In this document: in pieces, positions 13,571 to 26,529 of the stretch
Layout: the number at the start of each line of letters is the position of its first letter
How positions within the stretch are numbered: position 1 is the stretch's first letter
From: Oopsacas minuta
Taxonomy: Eukaryota > Animalia > Porifera
Assembly: GCA_024704765.1 (NCBI GenBank)
Contig: JAKMXF010000331.1
Coordinates: forward strand, 109,703 to 170,349
Direction of reading: 5' to 3'
DNA: 60,647 bases
Notes under the pieces: generated by a model
The model's database searches: none
Seen by the model: the letters and a program-made list of their open reading frames with translations, nothing else
Told to the model about the DNA's origin: nothing
Position numbers and translations under genes: made by a program

Positions 13571-13940
13571 CTTTAATCATAGACAATAATTGACAATTTT
13601 CAGTGTCCCAAACAGCTATTTGAGGTTGTTTGGATTTCAAATCCTTTTTCTGTCCAGTGGCAACAAATTTGATATTGGGGTGGAGGGCAAGGCTGAGAAT
13701 ATCATCTGTATGATGCAGGAAAGCGTTCTTTATTCTACTCTCGAGATTATACACTATCCCAACAGCAGCAACAAAGTATACAATTTTGTTAGGGGATAGA
13801 AAAAATACATTATTCCTTGTTTCATTACCTTTATAACCATATGACCAATCAAAAGACAAATCGCAATCGGGAGAATTCTGATTATATCCACCCAATTGAG
13901 TGTAGAGTTGGGATACTGGAGTAGAATTAATATTCTTCAT
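13571..13940 (-). CDS. EML5/6: EML5/EML6-like protein, first coding exon (HELP motif and first WD40 repeats)
   Basis: DLSFDWSYGYKGNETRNNVFF..IVYFVAAVGIVYN..HHTDDILSLALHP..VATGQ resembles the EML6 N-terminus. ATG at 13940 is preceded by an in-frame TAA; donor AAAG|GTAATT at 13571/13570 is phase 1, matching the exon 2 acceptor. Confidence 0.88.
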
Positions 13941-14339
13941 TTAAAAATTGGTAACATTAGTAGGGAAAATGCTAAAAACACAATAAAGTTGATAATCAAA
14001 GATCCTTTTGTTGCTTCAAAGCCGAAACGTGTTTCCCAAACAAATGACCTATAAGCAGTGGGTGGGATGAATAGTGGACAAGGGATGTGTTGGATTTGAA
14101 ATCACTAAAATCCATAAATCCATGAATTTAAGACGGTTAAAGTAGTTTCAATTAGAGTTGTTAACTTGTGAAACGATTCAATTATTAGTCTGTACAATTT
14201 TATTTTCCTCCAAAAACAGATGAACTCATGTATCGAAATTATAAGCATATATGTGAAAATAACACTAAAATATAAAAATACAATAGTGACGACAGCTAGC
14301 CAATTAATTAGATTTTTATTATTCATTGGATGCTAATGG

Positions 14340-15900
14340 CGGAAGGATGGCCGCGAGGAAAAATTGGTCGCAGGGATCTAATTGAACTAGCACTGATGTA
14401 TTTGTATTGATTATAGACTGGAATTCTATTCGTCAATACATTCTATTATATACTGATTTATCGTAGAAATAATCATAATTTACACCTTTTGGTGAACATT
14501 TCAAAAATGTCTAACAATATTGTAAAATTTAATTTTATCTTTATTTGTTCAGTGGATACTCAGTTGAATAACATTGTTCAATAATCCACTAAAATTAATT
14601 TGGGAATATTTATGTCGACACAGACGGTGATTTTAGATTTTTATGTGTTGAATACAAACATAATAGAGAGTAGAGTAATGATAATAGGGAGTAGAATATA
14701 ATAGAGAGTAGAATAATGCATGAAGTAAACGATGAAGAAAAAACAATGTTGAACATAATATGCCTTAAAATTCGAATTACAAGTAATTCCCTTCAGGAAT
14801 GATAAGCTTTCCCGAGATTCATAATCGGCGAGAAGGGATAATAGAGTGATTAGTACGTACAATAGTAGATTTATAACTTTTCTTTACTTCTCCTCATTCC
14901 CATTTCGCAAAACTGCTTCTTGCATAGACTGTTCCCTTTTGAAGAAAGATAGAGAGTTTGCAAAAACTTGGATGCGAGCCAACTATCATTGATTTGAAGG
15001 CATTGTGCCAACCCTCAACGCTATTATTTGTCCTTGCAAGACAACTGTTAATTCTTGTGCGAAGATTCCAAATTCTAATTGGGAATATTGGCGTTCTTCT
15101 AGTCATATCGGGCAATACTTTTCCTATATATGTTTTTTCAAAATAATTAGCTATTTCAATAGCCTCTTCAGGAAATGGTTGCATGAAAATAATGAAACGA
15201 TCGATAACGTCGATTTCTGGAACAAACGCCGAACTAGCAAGCATCCTAATTCTAATAGCGAAATCATTATCCTCGTGATATCGTACAACTAATCCTTGTT
15301 CTTGAACGTGTCTGAATATATTTTGCGAGAGGTGAAAAAAGCATCCCGTGATGACAAAAATAAAATTCTCCTCAAGTGCATTAAGTACGCCTTTTCAAAA
15401 TCGATCATAATCGTACAATAGTTAAAGATGGCTCGATTTCTAATAAGTTCTTAAACAGTCTGTCATAAATTTCTTCGGTTTTACTTGGAAGCAGCGCATA
15501 AATGCAAGGGAAATTTACTCCATCTTTTTCCACATGGATAGCATATTGTTGTGTAAACATAGCTGGAACGACACTAAATTTTCAGTCGCAAAACCAGCTG
15601 TCGCAGTTTTTTAGTAAATCAATAAATTTAAGTGTGCCATATATAATGATCCTTTTCTCACCCCAAACCCTGAGTCATACAGTATAAAGGTTCACCCTTC
15701 AAAGATTTGTGTACTTTTCAGGGATGACAATTTCAGCTGCACAAGTAGAATTGCCACAATTTTCAATAATTATCCTTCGATAATATCGAATCATTCGTTT
15801 CACAGACTCCAATTTTAGCAATTTGTTCAGTACATGGATTCATTTCTCCTATACCTGTGGCTAATATACCTCTAGCACTTTGCTCAGTATCCGGAAGCCA
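14340..15900 (-). mobile_element. MULE (Mutator-like) transposase pseudogene; boundaries approximate
   Basis: WFCD*KFSVVPAMFTQQYAIH (DGTF disrupted), ITGCFFHLSQNIFRHVQ (CxFH), RTNNSVEGWHNAFKS; stops and frameshifts. Confidence 0.8.
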
Positions 15901-15989
15901 AAAAGGATGAAATTATGCATAAAACAAAAGGGTGGATATGTTGGAAAATAACTAGTATATTGTATTGTAGTATTATTACATTATGATAG

Positions 15990-17230
15990 GAATAAAATCA
16001 GGGCATCAATTTCTTTCCACCGTGTAAGTAGGTAGTTGAGAATGCTACTAACATTTTCAACACATACTTGCTGATTCGTGGGTATGAAAGAGAAATATTG
16101 CACCATGCAGTTTCTAAGTCTTCCTTTTCAAAAGCAGTCTTGAATGTTGAGTCATTAATAACGTCAATAAACTCATCTTGCAGTTCTAATTGCAGAGTTT
16201 CAGGTTTCGCATGGAAAGGATTCCTAACCACATCTAAATTCATATCGTTTCTATCTAGAAAATAGTACTGGAATTCTTCCCTTAATCTCGAAAGATGCTC
16301 AATAATACCTGAGTTAATGCTTCTGCCATCACCTAACGATAACAACGTTTCAAACATAGCGAATACATTAATTTCCGCATTAGATTTCCAGAGAACGATC
16401 TTCTGCAAGAAAGAGTTGATGGAGTCCGAGAGTTTCAGGATGGTGGCATGCTGGCCTTGCAATGATAAATTCAACTGGTTTAGTTTTTCGAACATGTCAG
16501 CTAAATAAGCGAGTTGATGAATAAAACAGGAATTGGTAAAAGTAGGTGCTGAATTCAAGTTGTCCTTGCTTCTCAAAGAATTCTTTCAATTCTACCCGTA
16601 TTTCAAATATCCGATCTAACATGTCCTCCTTTGATAACTAGCGCACGTTTGTGCAGTAGAGAAAGGTGGTATAATCCGCTGACATATCGCAGTAAAATTG
16701 TGAGAACAATCTGGTATTAAGTCCTCTTCGCTTCACGCAATTCACCATTTTTATGGCAGCATTTAAGGTGGACAACACATACAAGAGGAGAGTTCTACTT
16801 ACCAATGATTGCCAATGTATCGTGTATGCAGTGTACCGAAGTAGCTTCTGGATTTAGGTCTCGTATGAGATTCGCAAATCCAGATCGAGGTCCAAGCATC
16901 GCAGGCGCACCATCTGTACAAACTGAGGATAAATTCTGCCACTCTAATTCATGTTTTTTGTAAAAGTTTTCTACATTAACCAATACGTCAGCTGCTCTTA
17001 TGATTCTCTCCAAAGGCGAGCAATAGAGAATTTCCTCTTGAAGAGCACCAGTAGTAGCCCAACGTATGAACACCATTAACTGGGAGAAATATGATACGTC
17101 AGTGGATTCATCCAGTTGATTAGAAAGAGCCCATATATGGAAGATTTATTTCTAAAATTAATTGAGTCCGATGGTTCTGTGACATGTTTCGAATGAGTCT
17201 TGCAATTGTGTCATCTGGCAAAGGGATTGC
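15990..17230 (-). mobile_element. hAT (Charlie/Buster; ZBED8/FAM200-like) transposase fragment, 5' part missing
   Basis: EEILYCSPLE, VCTDGAPAMLG, LAYLADMFEKLNQLNLSLQG, FSTTYL; frameshifted. Confidence 0.85.
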
Positions 17231-17239
17231 ATTCAACCG

Positions 17240-18799
17240 AAGATAAAAAAAGCTATTCATGAAAAATTCATAATTTGTACAAAACTCTTTGAAACATAGA
17301 TATATGATTATGCAAGATATTACTTATGAGAGTTAATACGCAATCTAGGTTATTACACACATCTACAAATGTGAATCTCACTACACATTACTAGGCAGGA
17401 TCGAGAAAAGTATACATCGTCGCTTCAACTTCTACCTAAGCCAAAAGTTGCCTTTACTCGTTTCAAGGAAAATGCGAGACATAAATTTGAAAAATATTTC
17501 GAGTTGACCCTTGCGTTTTTATACTTTTGCTATGTCACTTTCGCAAACTTGACTTTAAATTGTCCAAATTTTCTAATTCCTTTGATTTAGCCCCTTTAGA
17601 TATATTATTTGGTAATAGTAAGTCGCATATTTGCTTTCGAATGGTGTATTAGGCTAATTTCTATGTCCAAAGATACTCAAGTTATCAAGATAATTTTGCA
17701 TATTCTATCATATCCTAATAATATTATCCACCCCCCTTTTTTCCGAAAATTTGCAAATGCATAATTCTTACAAAAAGTAGCTATATCTTCACCAAACTTA
17801 GTATAATTCTGTATCTAGATTCAAATTCATGAATAGATTACCACGAAGAAATTTACCAACTTCCTTATCTCTTGCTCTTAACTTAGTTACCATTTATCTA
17901 GCATGGAATTTATGGTCAATTATTGTATCTAAATAAAAACTCACTCAAATGACTCATATTATATTATAGAGTGATTATATTCCAATAATTTATGTAATTT
18001 TAAATATGATAGGATACACGCTTAGTATTGTAGTAATTCATCCTGTTTTTGGTTATCCTGGAGCCATCCCAGAAAATCTACTCCCAATAAAACTAGATCT
18101 ATACAATCATTATAGTATACAGAGAAATGAAGATTCTAAATCAACTAGAGATGATATAGCGAGAGAATTAACTGAAGTATTAGTGCGTATCTATAATTTG
18201 GCTTCCATACCTACAAAATCGGAGCTCCAAATATAACAGTACATCATTTCTGATATTATTGAGAGAGCTACAGTACAATTCATAATTATTGCAACTTTCG
18301 CTTCTTATCAAACTAAGTCTATAGATTTGAAGGTATTGACTTTAGGTAGCTTCCTTCTTGTTCTACATGTAGTTGGACTATGTTTGATGTAATTTTTCGG
18401 AAAAAGGGGGGTGGATAATATTATTAGGATATGATAGAATATGCAAAAATATCTTGATAACTTGAGTATCTTTGGACATAGAAATTAGCCTAATACACCA
18501 TTCGAAAGCAAATATGCGACTTACTATTACCAAATAATATATCTAAAGGGGCTAAGTCAAAGGAATTAGAAAATTTGGACAATTTAAAGTCAAGTTTGCG
18601 AAAGTGACATAGCAAAAGTATAAAAACGCAAGGGTCAACTCGAAATATTTTTCAAATTTATGTCTCGCATTTTCCTTGAAGCGACGATGTGTACTTTCTC
18701 GATCTGGCCTAGTACATACTGTTACTAATTGATACTGAATACAACCTGTTCAGAGATATAATTTACAATCAGCGCACAGACGTTATTAATTACTCTACA
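17240..18799 (-). repeat. Probable 3' LTR of the Gypsy element, split by the 17391-18712 insertion
   Basis: On the minus strand the polypurine tract AAGGGGGGAGAAG (about 18800-18812) is immediately followed by TG at 18799. The far LTR end is approximate and no second LTR was found. Confidence 0.5.
17391..18712. mobile_element. 1.3-kb non-autonomous element with ~330-bp TIRs, superfamily uncertain
   Basis: TA|CTAGG...CCTAG|TA; 17461-17750 is the reverse complement of about 18385-18680; the left arm carries an extra ~37 bp. An internal 76-aa ORF (18006-18236) resembles the N-terminus of hATm-like transposases. Confidence 0.75.
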
Positions 18800-20347
18800 C
18801 TTCTCCCCCCTTAATATAGATGATAAACCTTCAGATATATTGGAATTTGACTAATGCTTGTGGATCTTCGAGGTAACAACGCTGGAGCAGTGTCTTGGAC
18901 TTCATCGTCATCTCTTTTTAACTCTATTGTTGTATCCAGCTCTAGTGAGGTGTCATGATCTTCATCTGCGTTTTCTGTTTCTTGGACTACTATATTTTCA
19001 ATATCACAAATATCCGCTTGTCGAACATTAGCGGACGAATTCTGTTAATGTGAACTATTCATGTTTTTCCATTTTTATGAACAATCTTCAAGTTAACACT
19101 CCCTAATATCTCCACTATCGACCATCCACCTTCCCACCGAGAGTCAAGCTTACCTTTGTATGGAATATTTAGCCAAACATTTCTCCCACTTTAAAATAGA
19201 TGTTTCTCGTTGCGTGTTTGTCGTACCATCTCTTTTGATATCTAGAAGCGTACGCTAACTGATCTGCTACTAAACTAAGATACTTACTATGTCTCTGTTT
19301 AAGCCTTACCTCGTACGTTTGAGTATCAAAACTATACTCCTTATCTTCTTCTATTGATAAGCCAGGTTCGCTACAATAAATCGAGCTATATGGCGTAGTC
19401 CTAATGGAAGATTGAACAGAGGTGTTATATGCATATAACATTAAGCGTAGATATTCCCCCATTGATCTTCCTTGTCCATATATGGACGCAACATATCCAA
19501 CATTATACGGTTCCATCTCTCCACCAAACCATCCCCTTGGGGATGATATGGACTTATGTGAGCTTTTTACACCGAATGAGCTAAATAATTCCAAGACTAA
19601 TGCATTCTCAAAATTTCTCCCCTGATCACTATGTAATTCTTTCAGAATACTAATAAGGCAAATCAGAGTCCTTAAGATCCCTACTATCGTGTTTGCTCTT
19701 TGGTCTGGCATAGGAAACGCTTCCAACCATTTGGTGAAATAGTCCTGAACCACTAAGATATACTTGTTCCCATGTGCATTTATAGATACTCCTAGGACAT
19801 CAACTGAGATTCTTTGCCAAGGGTTTCCCACTGGAGAGATAACTAAAAGAGCTTTTACTGGTCTAAGCTGTTTAGCAATCATACATTTGTCACATGTTCT
19901 GCAAAATTGTCTAACATCCCATGCCATTCCAAACCAAAATGCATTATTTTTGAGCCTCTCAAACGTTTTCCACCATCCGAAATGGCCAGAACCAGGTATA
20001 TCATTATTCTTATGTAAGAAAAAATTCTTCAATCTGGTAGGAACAAAATTACAGTTCTTCTTTCTCCGAATCCATTAATTCTATATGTCCTGAAAAGCAA
20101 CCCGTTTTTCCAACGTGAGTTGCTTCCATATCGAGAAAAACGCTTAGGAAAGTTGGATGCTGAATCTATTTGTGCTCTTTTAGATTATAATTGTTTGACC
20201 TGGTTCAAAAGTAGATCCTGATCTTGAGCTTGACAACAATTTCCAAGATCTATGTCGTCTGTGAACTCTGTAACTACATAAGTGCTTATTTCAACCTGTG
20301 GAATTCGAGAAAAGGCATCAGCGTTTGTGTTCTCTGATCCTTTAAGA

Positions 20348-22582
20348 CAGGGGTTCTTAACCTTTTTGCCCCTACGCCCCCCTTTTATACCCATTTTGTC
20401 ATTACGCTCCCCTTTTATAACCATTAAATAATTACACCACCTTGACTTTGAAATCTATTTGTTAATACATATGTATTTCACTATAAGGATACTGCTTTGA
20501 TCAATCGAGTATCTAATTAATTGATAAGGTAAATTATTCAATGTGATTGTTGAATCTGTTTTTTAGCAACAATGTTTTTAATCCTTGGAGTTGTTTCTGA
20601 GAGGGTACAACGTAGGTCAGCTTCTACAAACATCCTGCTTCGATATTTACTCTTAGTGAGCTCTAATGTTGAAAATCCTGTCTCACAGAGATAGGTTGAG
20701 GAAAATTGTACGAGGACACGCAATGCTAGCTGGCTGAGATCAAGATACATTGGCAAAATACTTAACCCAGAACTTCTCCAATGACAGATTGTTAAAATCG
20801 TCCATTGCAGAGGAGTTATACTTCATGTCTAAAAACTCTTCTTGCAAGACCTCAGGAACATTACACACATCTGTGAGGTAAGGATTTCTGATCAGTTTCC
20901 ATTCCGGTCTCTTCTTGAATATCGGGGAAATATCGAAGGAATTCATTTCTAAGGATGTCAAGATGTATTCGAATTGATTCATTAGCGTTCTCATTCAGTT
21001 CTTTACCTTTGAGTGCTTCATCGAGGTGTGAGAATGATGCTGTATTTTTGTTCAAAATTTGATACTTCCACAAATCCAGCTTTGCAATGAAGGCACGGAT
21101 GACATCGTAATGACAAACGAATTGCTTTGTTTACCTTTCAGCTTGCGGCTAAGTGTGTTCAACGCCTCAAATATGTCAACAAGGTAGGCTAAAGAAAGCT
21201 CAAAGTCTTTTGAATGTAAAAGTGCAAGTAGGTCAAACTTCATCTGATTTTCAAGAACTACTTCCACCTCATCTTTCAACTCAGAAACCTTTCCAACATG
21301 TTTCCTTTTGATAGCCAGCGGACATTCGTATGGAATAATAATGTTTCGTGGTCTGCTCCTATATCACGACACAGCTGTGCGAACAATCGAGTGTTCAGTC
21401 CACTTGTCTTTATGAAATTTACAATTTTGATCACTGTATTTAGTGAATCCATCAGTTCTACAGGGAGGGTCTTTGCAGCCAGTGCTTCACGATGAATGAT
21501 GCAGTGGGTTCCCACAGCCAAAGAATTTTTCTTTTTGACTTTTGTAATGAACCCAGAACGCGATCCAATCATCGCAGGAGCTCTATTTGTACATATACCA
21601 ACTAATTAATCCCAAGGAAGATTGTTTTCATCAAAGAAATAGGATAACATTGCAAGAATATCATCAGCCTTTGTGGATGTTTCTAGTGAGTAACAAAATA
21701 ACACCTCTTCCTCCAGAGTTTCATTTCCAATGAAACGTACATAAACAATAACTGAGAACACTGTGATACATCCGTTGTCTCGTCATATTGGATTGCAAAG
21801 GAGGGCGAATGTGACCTTCTCTACTACCTGGATTTTTATATCATCTGCTAATCCAGCAATCCGAAGTTTGACAGTCTAGTCGGAAAGAGAAATTTTGGAT
21901 AGTTTTTTGGCGCTCTCCTCACCAAGAACCAACTTTGTTGCACTTAGAATACAAGGCTTCAATAGGGATTCGCCGATGGTGTGTGGTTTTTTTCCTCTCG
22001 CAATAAATAGTGATATTTCGTATGACGCTTCCAATATACCAGCTGAATGGCGACGAAAATCACCACTATCGTCCAATTTCATTCGTTTCAATGATGACAG
22101 CTTTGTGGAGAAGTAAGTTATAAGCTTGTTGACCAACTATGGACGATACTAGTCAAATGTCTCTCTAGTCGTGTTGGACGCATCGCATCACTACTAAGAG
22201 TTTTATAACACACGACACATTGCGGTACTTCATCACTATCTAGGTTGATAAATGTAAATCCATACTTGCTATAATAATCCAGGAATTTCTCTTTTTAGCA
22301 CTGCTAGCCATGGCTAAATTGTAAAATTATTGAATAGGTAGAGGGCTGTGAATACAGGTTAGGGATGTCTAAATTGTCTATAGGATATATACACACTGTA
22401 AACGAGGTGGTTATTTGTCCCTTTTAAAATCAGAATCTAAATTCACATCATGGACGATATTCGAGGCACCAAGGTTCAAATTTAAGTACTAGACAGGTAA
22501 AAATTTAATGATTATACACTTGAAAAAGTAAAAATGCAAAATTCAAAATCAAATGCCACGCCCCCCTGGATAAGAACCCCTG
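20348..22582 (-). mobile_element. Full-length hAT (Buster/ZBED5/ZBED8-like) transposon, frameshifted, inserted in Gypsy pol
   Basis: TIR CAGGGGTTCTTA; flanks CTTTAAGA / TTTTACGA (6/8). BED-like PQCVVC..MRPTRLERHL, THCIIHREALAAKTLP, LLFHTNVRWLSKG, FSSTYLCETGFS. Confidence 0.9.
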
Positions 22583-22635
22583 TTTTACGATATTCTAATA
22601 CAAAATCAAATTCTTGTAGATGAAAAGCCCATCTA

Positions 22636-23367
22636 CAGTGAAACCTCTGGAATCGGGGAACCTCTGAAATCGGGGCACTGGAATTACGCGAAAATATTTT
22701 CCCATACAAATGAACCTCTGGAATCAGGGAAATAGCGACAATCGGGGAATGGGGGCAAACCCTGAAAATCTAATTCTTTCAGTTTGCATAGAACTAATAC
22801 TAAAATCCCCTATGCAATCGGGGCATCAATACTGAAATCAACTTAACAAATTATTATTTTCGCAATAACTATCGAATCAAACACAATACAAATGCTACGT
22901 AAGTGAACAAGAAATCAATTCAATCCGCCTCTGAGGGTAAATATGTGCTACACAGAACGTACACTAACATTGCGAGAGAATTAGTTAATCTTTTGTCTGC
23001 TTCTGAAGCTTTTCTGACAACTAGCCTTCTCCTAGCCTTCTTCATGGGCAAAATGTAGCGTGGAAATTAATATTCTATTATGCGAGTACAGCAAAGTCTC
23101 TAAAAAGTGTACAACTTTGGAACCAGCAAAATTTTCACTTTAGAGAGGTGTTCAGGATAAGCAATATGTAGCAGAATTAAATATTTTAACGTTACAGTGT
23201 GACTAGCAATACGAAACAATAGTATGACATAATATGAACTACATATACACGGAAAATGGTGATTTGAACACAATACCACACTGAAATCCAGAATCGGGGA
23301 ATTTCCACAATCGGGGGAGTCAGAAATTTCCCAGTATCCCGCAGCCCCGATTCCAGAGGTTTCATTG
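22636..23367. mobile_element. pogo/Tigger-like MITE inserted in Gypsy RNase H
   Basis: TA|CAGTGAAACCTCTGGAATCGGGG...CCCCGATTCCAGAGGTTTCATTG|TA; multiple internal AATCGGGG motifs. Confidence 0.85.
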
Positions 23368-23483
23368 TATATTGCCAGCATTTTACGATCAAAAAACCTA
23401 TTTGCAATAACTTTTGTATGATCAATATCAGCGTGAGATACTATTGTAATTAGAAAAATACAATATTAGCTCTTTAGTCTATA

Positions 23484-26400
23484 TGTTATGGGCAATATGA
23501 GAAATTGGGCATTATGCATAATGCCCAGGCAATATGCATAATGCCCAGGCAATATGCATAATGCTACTTTTTTAGTCAATATGCATAATGTCCAGGCAAT
23601 ATGCATAATGCTACTTTTTTAGTCAATATGCATAATGTCCAGGCAATATGCATAATGTTACTCATATTGGACAATATGCATAATGCTACTCATATTGGAC
23701 AATATGCATAATGCTACTCATATTGGACAATATGCATAATGCTACTCATATTGGACAATATGCATAATGCTACTCATATTGAACGATGTACATAATATCC
23801 AGGGAATATGCATAATGCTAGTTTTAGAGTGCCTCGTAATAATTATGCGACTTTTAATTAATTCAATTCATGAAAACTGATCGTAGATATAGGATATTCT
23901 ATCATGCTAGATTCCGCTATATGCATTCTGGTCGGACAATCTACCTCGTAAGTGGTCCTTCTGAACCTAGTACGTCAACTTTATGTGGTCTCCCTTGGAC
24001 CCTTTATATTTGGCCATGTGTCTTGCTAGTACTTTGTATTGCATACTTGAACACTGAATAAACATACTTTCCAGAATATAGCCCAATTACCAAATGAATA
24101 CTCGGGAAATATTTATGAATAAAATAGCTGAAGCTGTGAAGAATAAAGCAGGGAACATGTCATTTTTCACCAAAGATGATTATCAAGCAACAATAGAGCG
24201 AATACAAAGCCTGGATGAAGATAAAAGTATTCAAAAAAATCCAAAGGATTATAGACTAGTGAAAAAATTCGAAATTTTGGAAATTCAAGTTGATGGTATC
24301 ATAATCAAAAAGCTTAAGAAACAAGCATCGCAGCAACAATTCGTTTTCTTTGAGGAATTATTTGATATTATACATGCAGCTCACCTGTCAACTGGACATA
24401 GTGGTAAAATACTCATGGAACATAAATTGTCAGAAGACTATGCAAACATTACGAGAGAACATATTTGTACCTATTTGCAACTTTGCGAAAAATGCCAGCT
24501 CAAGAAAAGTAAAGTCAGAAAATCTCTTGTCGTCAAGCCAATCATTAGCAATCAGCTCAATTCGAGATGCCAGGTGAGGTATATTGTTTATCTATACAAA
24601 TTTCGCATTGTAGCTGCAAAAATCCGACTAGTGAAGCATTGTTTTCTACAAGTATAATGAACTGGACATGTAAATCGGAGAAATATTTCCAGTTTGTATT
24701 AACTTATTTCTATCAAGGTTGACCTTATTGATATGCAAAGCCAACCAGACGGCAAGTACAAATACATTATGACATATCAAGATCATCTTACTAAGTTTGT
24801 AACATTAAAAGCGCTAGAATCGAAACGTGCAGAAGGGGTAGCTTATCATCTGATTGATATTTTTTGTGATAAAGGGGCACCTCATATTCTACAGTCTGAT
24901 AATGGCCGTGAGTTTGCGAATCAGGTATGTTAAATTGTGTAGAATGAATATTATCAGCCTATACATAGATTTATCATTTGATTAATCTTATTTTCACACC
25001 TTTTGGCTACATTTTTAAGATTGTGAAGGAAGTAATAAATCTCTGGCCTGAGTGTCGATTAGTCCACGGAAAACCTCGACACTCCCAGTCACAAGGCTCA
25101 GTCGAGAGGGCAAATCGGAGCGTCGAAGAAATACTTGCTTGCTGGATGCGTGACGAAAATTCAACCAAATGGTCAGAAGGACTTAGATTCGTCCAATGGA
25201 AAATTAACACAAGACTACATACAGGTATTATTCTATATTTAAGATAAATAATTATAACAAAAATGTACAATAAAATAGTATGTATGCATTTATACTTGGA
25301 CTATCTTAGGAATTGGAAGGACTCCTTATGAAGCTGTTTTTGGGATAAGACCACAACTAGGAGTAGTCTCAACCAACCTCACAATCGATGCAGCTTCTAT
25401 TCTAGATACTGAAGAGCAATTAGAAGAAATTTTGAATTCAGAAGAAGAATATTCGAAGCAACAGATGTTAGGACAAGACGATATAGCCCCAGACACGGCA
25501 TCAATCACTCAACAATCTGAAATAACAAACTATAATTGTGTATCATGTCAACAAATATCCAGTGGAGCGCACACTTGTATGTCTTGTGGGCTTTTTTGCC
25601 ATGCTATACCACCATGTTCTGTAAACAATGGAAGTGAAGAAGAAGGATTTGGTTCAGCTGTATTATGCAGACTATGTCATCAAGCGAATCAAATTACGCA
25701 GCAGCGAAAAGGAGCGAAAAGAATACAAGGAGTGCAGGCTGATAAAATGTTCGAGCAATCTAGAAAACGATTCAAACAAGCAAATATTGGGGATACAGTA
25801 ATGGTCCCTTTACCCGACGTAGATCGAGGTAAAGGTGACTTTCGAAACATTAAAGCAGTTGTTGTGGCAGTTGAGCATAATGGTACCTACAAGCTAGGTA
25901 CAAAATACGGCCAATTGAATTCGCATTACACCAGAAATCAATTTACTCCATGCCTGGATAAATTCTTGGAGATAAATGATGTCCAAACAGGAAAAGAGAT
26001 TTCTTTGCGACAAGTAGCACGCAATGAATCAGTTGGGACAGGTCAAGGGATGTTTCATTGCTCTTGTAAGAAGACATGTCTTCGTACTACGTGCAAGTGT
26101 TATCGTTCAAATCGACTATGTCACAGTAGGTGTCACAACAACCAAAGCTGCAGTAATAAGTAGAGTTGTGAAAATAGAGACCTCATAGTACTATTAGCAA
26201 AGAAGAAATGTAAGCCAAGTAGCTGAGTATTTATAGAAGAATAATTAGCCAAAACATATTGTTATATAAAAATTACTGATAACAAGATAAGAAAATTGTA
26301 TATTGCGTATGGATAATTGTATTTCGTATATTGTCCAATGAGAGTAGCATTATGCATATTGTCCAATATGAGTAACATTATGCATATTGCCTGGACATTA

Positions 26401-26529
26401 TGCATATTGACTAAAAAAGTAGCAATATGCATATTGCCTGGGCATTATGCATATTGACTAAAAAAGTAGCATTATGCATATTGCCTGGGCATTATGCATA
26501 ATGCCCAATTTCTCATATTGCCCATAACA
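23484..26529 (+). mobile_element. Ginger2/TDD-type (KRBA2/SCAND3-like integrase) DNA transposon, apparently intact
   Basis: TATA|TGTTATGGGCAATATGAG...CTCATATTGCCCATAACA|TATA: TGT..ACA ends, 4-bp TSD, ~200-bp TIRs of ATATGCATAATG-based repeats. Confidence 0.9.
24094..26163 (+). CDS. Spliced Ginger2 transposase/integrase, 581 aa (exons 24094-24573, 24718-24924, 25020-25224, 25310-26163)
   Basis: Three GT-AG introns (144, 95, 85 bp) join into 1746 bp with no stop. HHCC-type Zn motif (HAAHLSTGH..CEKC), DDE triad (VDLID / SDNG / GSVER), Cys-rich middle region, C-terminal CxC-like cluster. Confidence 0.88.

Larger units (their letters stand above)
18800..23460 (-). mobile_element. Ty3/Gypsy LTR retrotransposon pol remnant (RNase H end, integrase), interrupted by later insertions
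   Basis: Integrase H-C zinc motif, ISVDVLG, VVQDYFTKWLEAFP, LHSDQGRNFE. The RNase H tail RWAFHLQEFDFVLEYRK (22583-22635) continues as GSENTNADAFSRIP (below 20347). Confidence 0.85.

Noticed and set aside
23500-23820. CRISPR-like look of the ATATGCATAATG array
   Set aside because: Intervening sequences are themselves repeated rather than unique spacers, the array is mirrored at 26330-26529 as a TIR, the context is eukaryotic and there are no cas genes.
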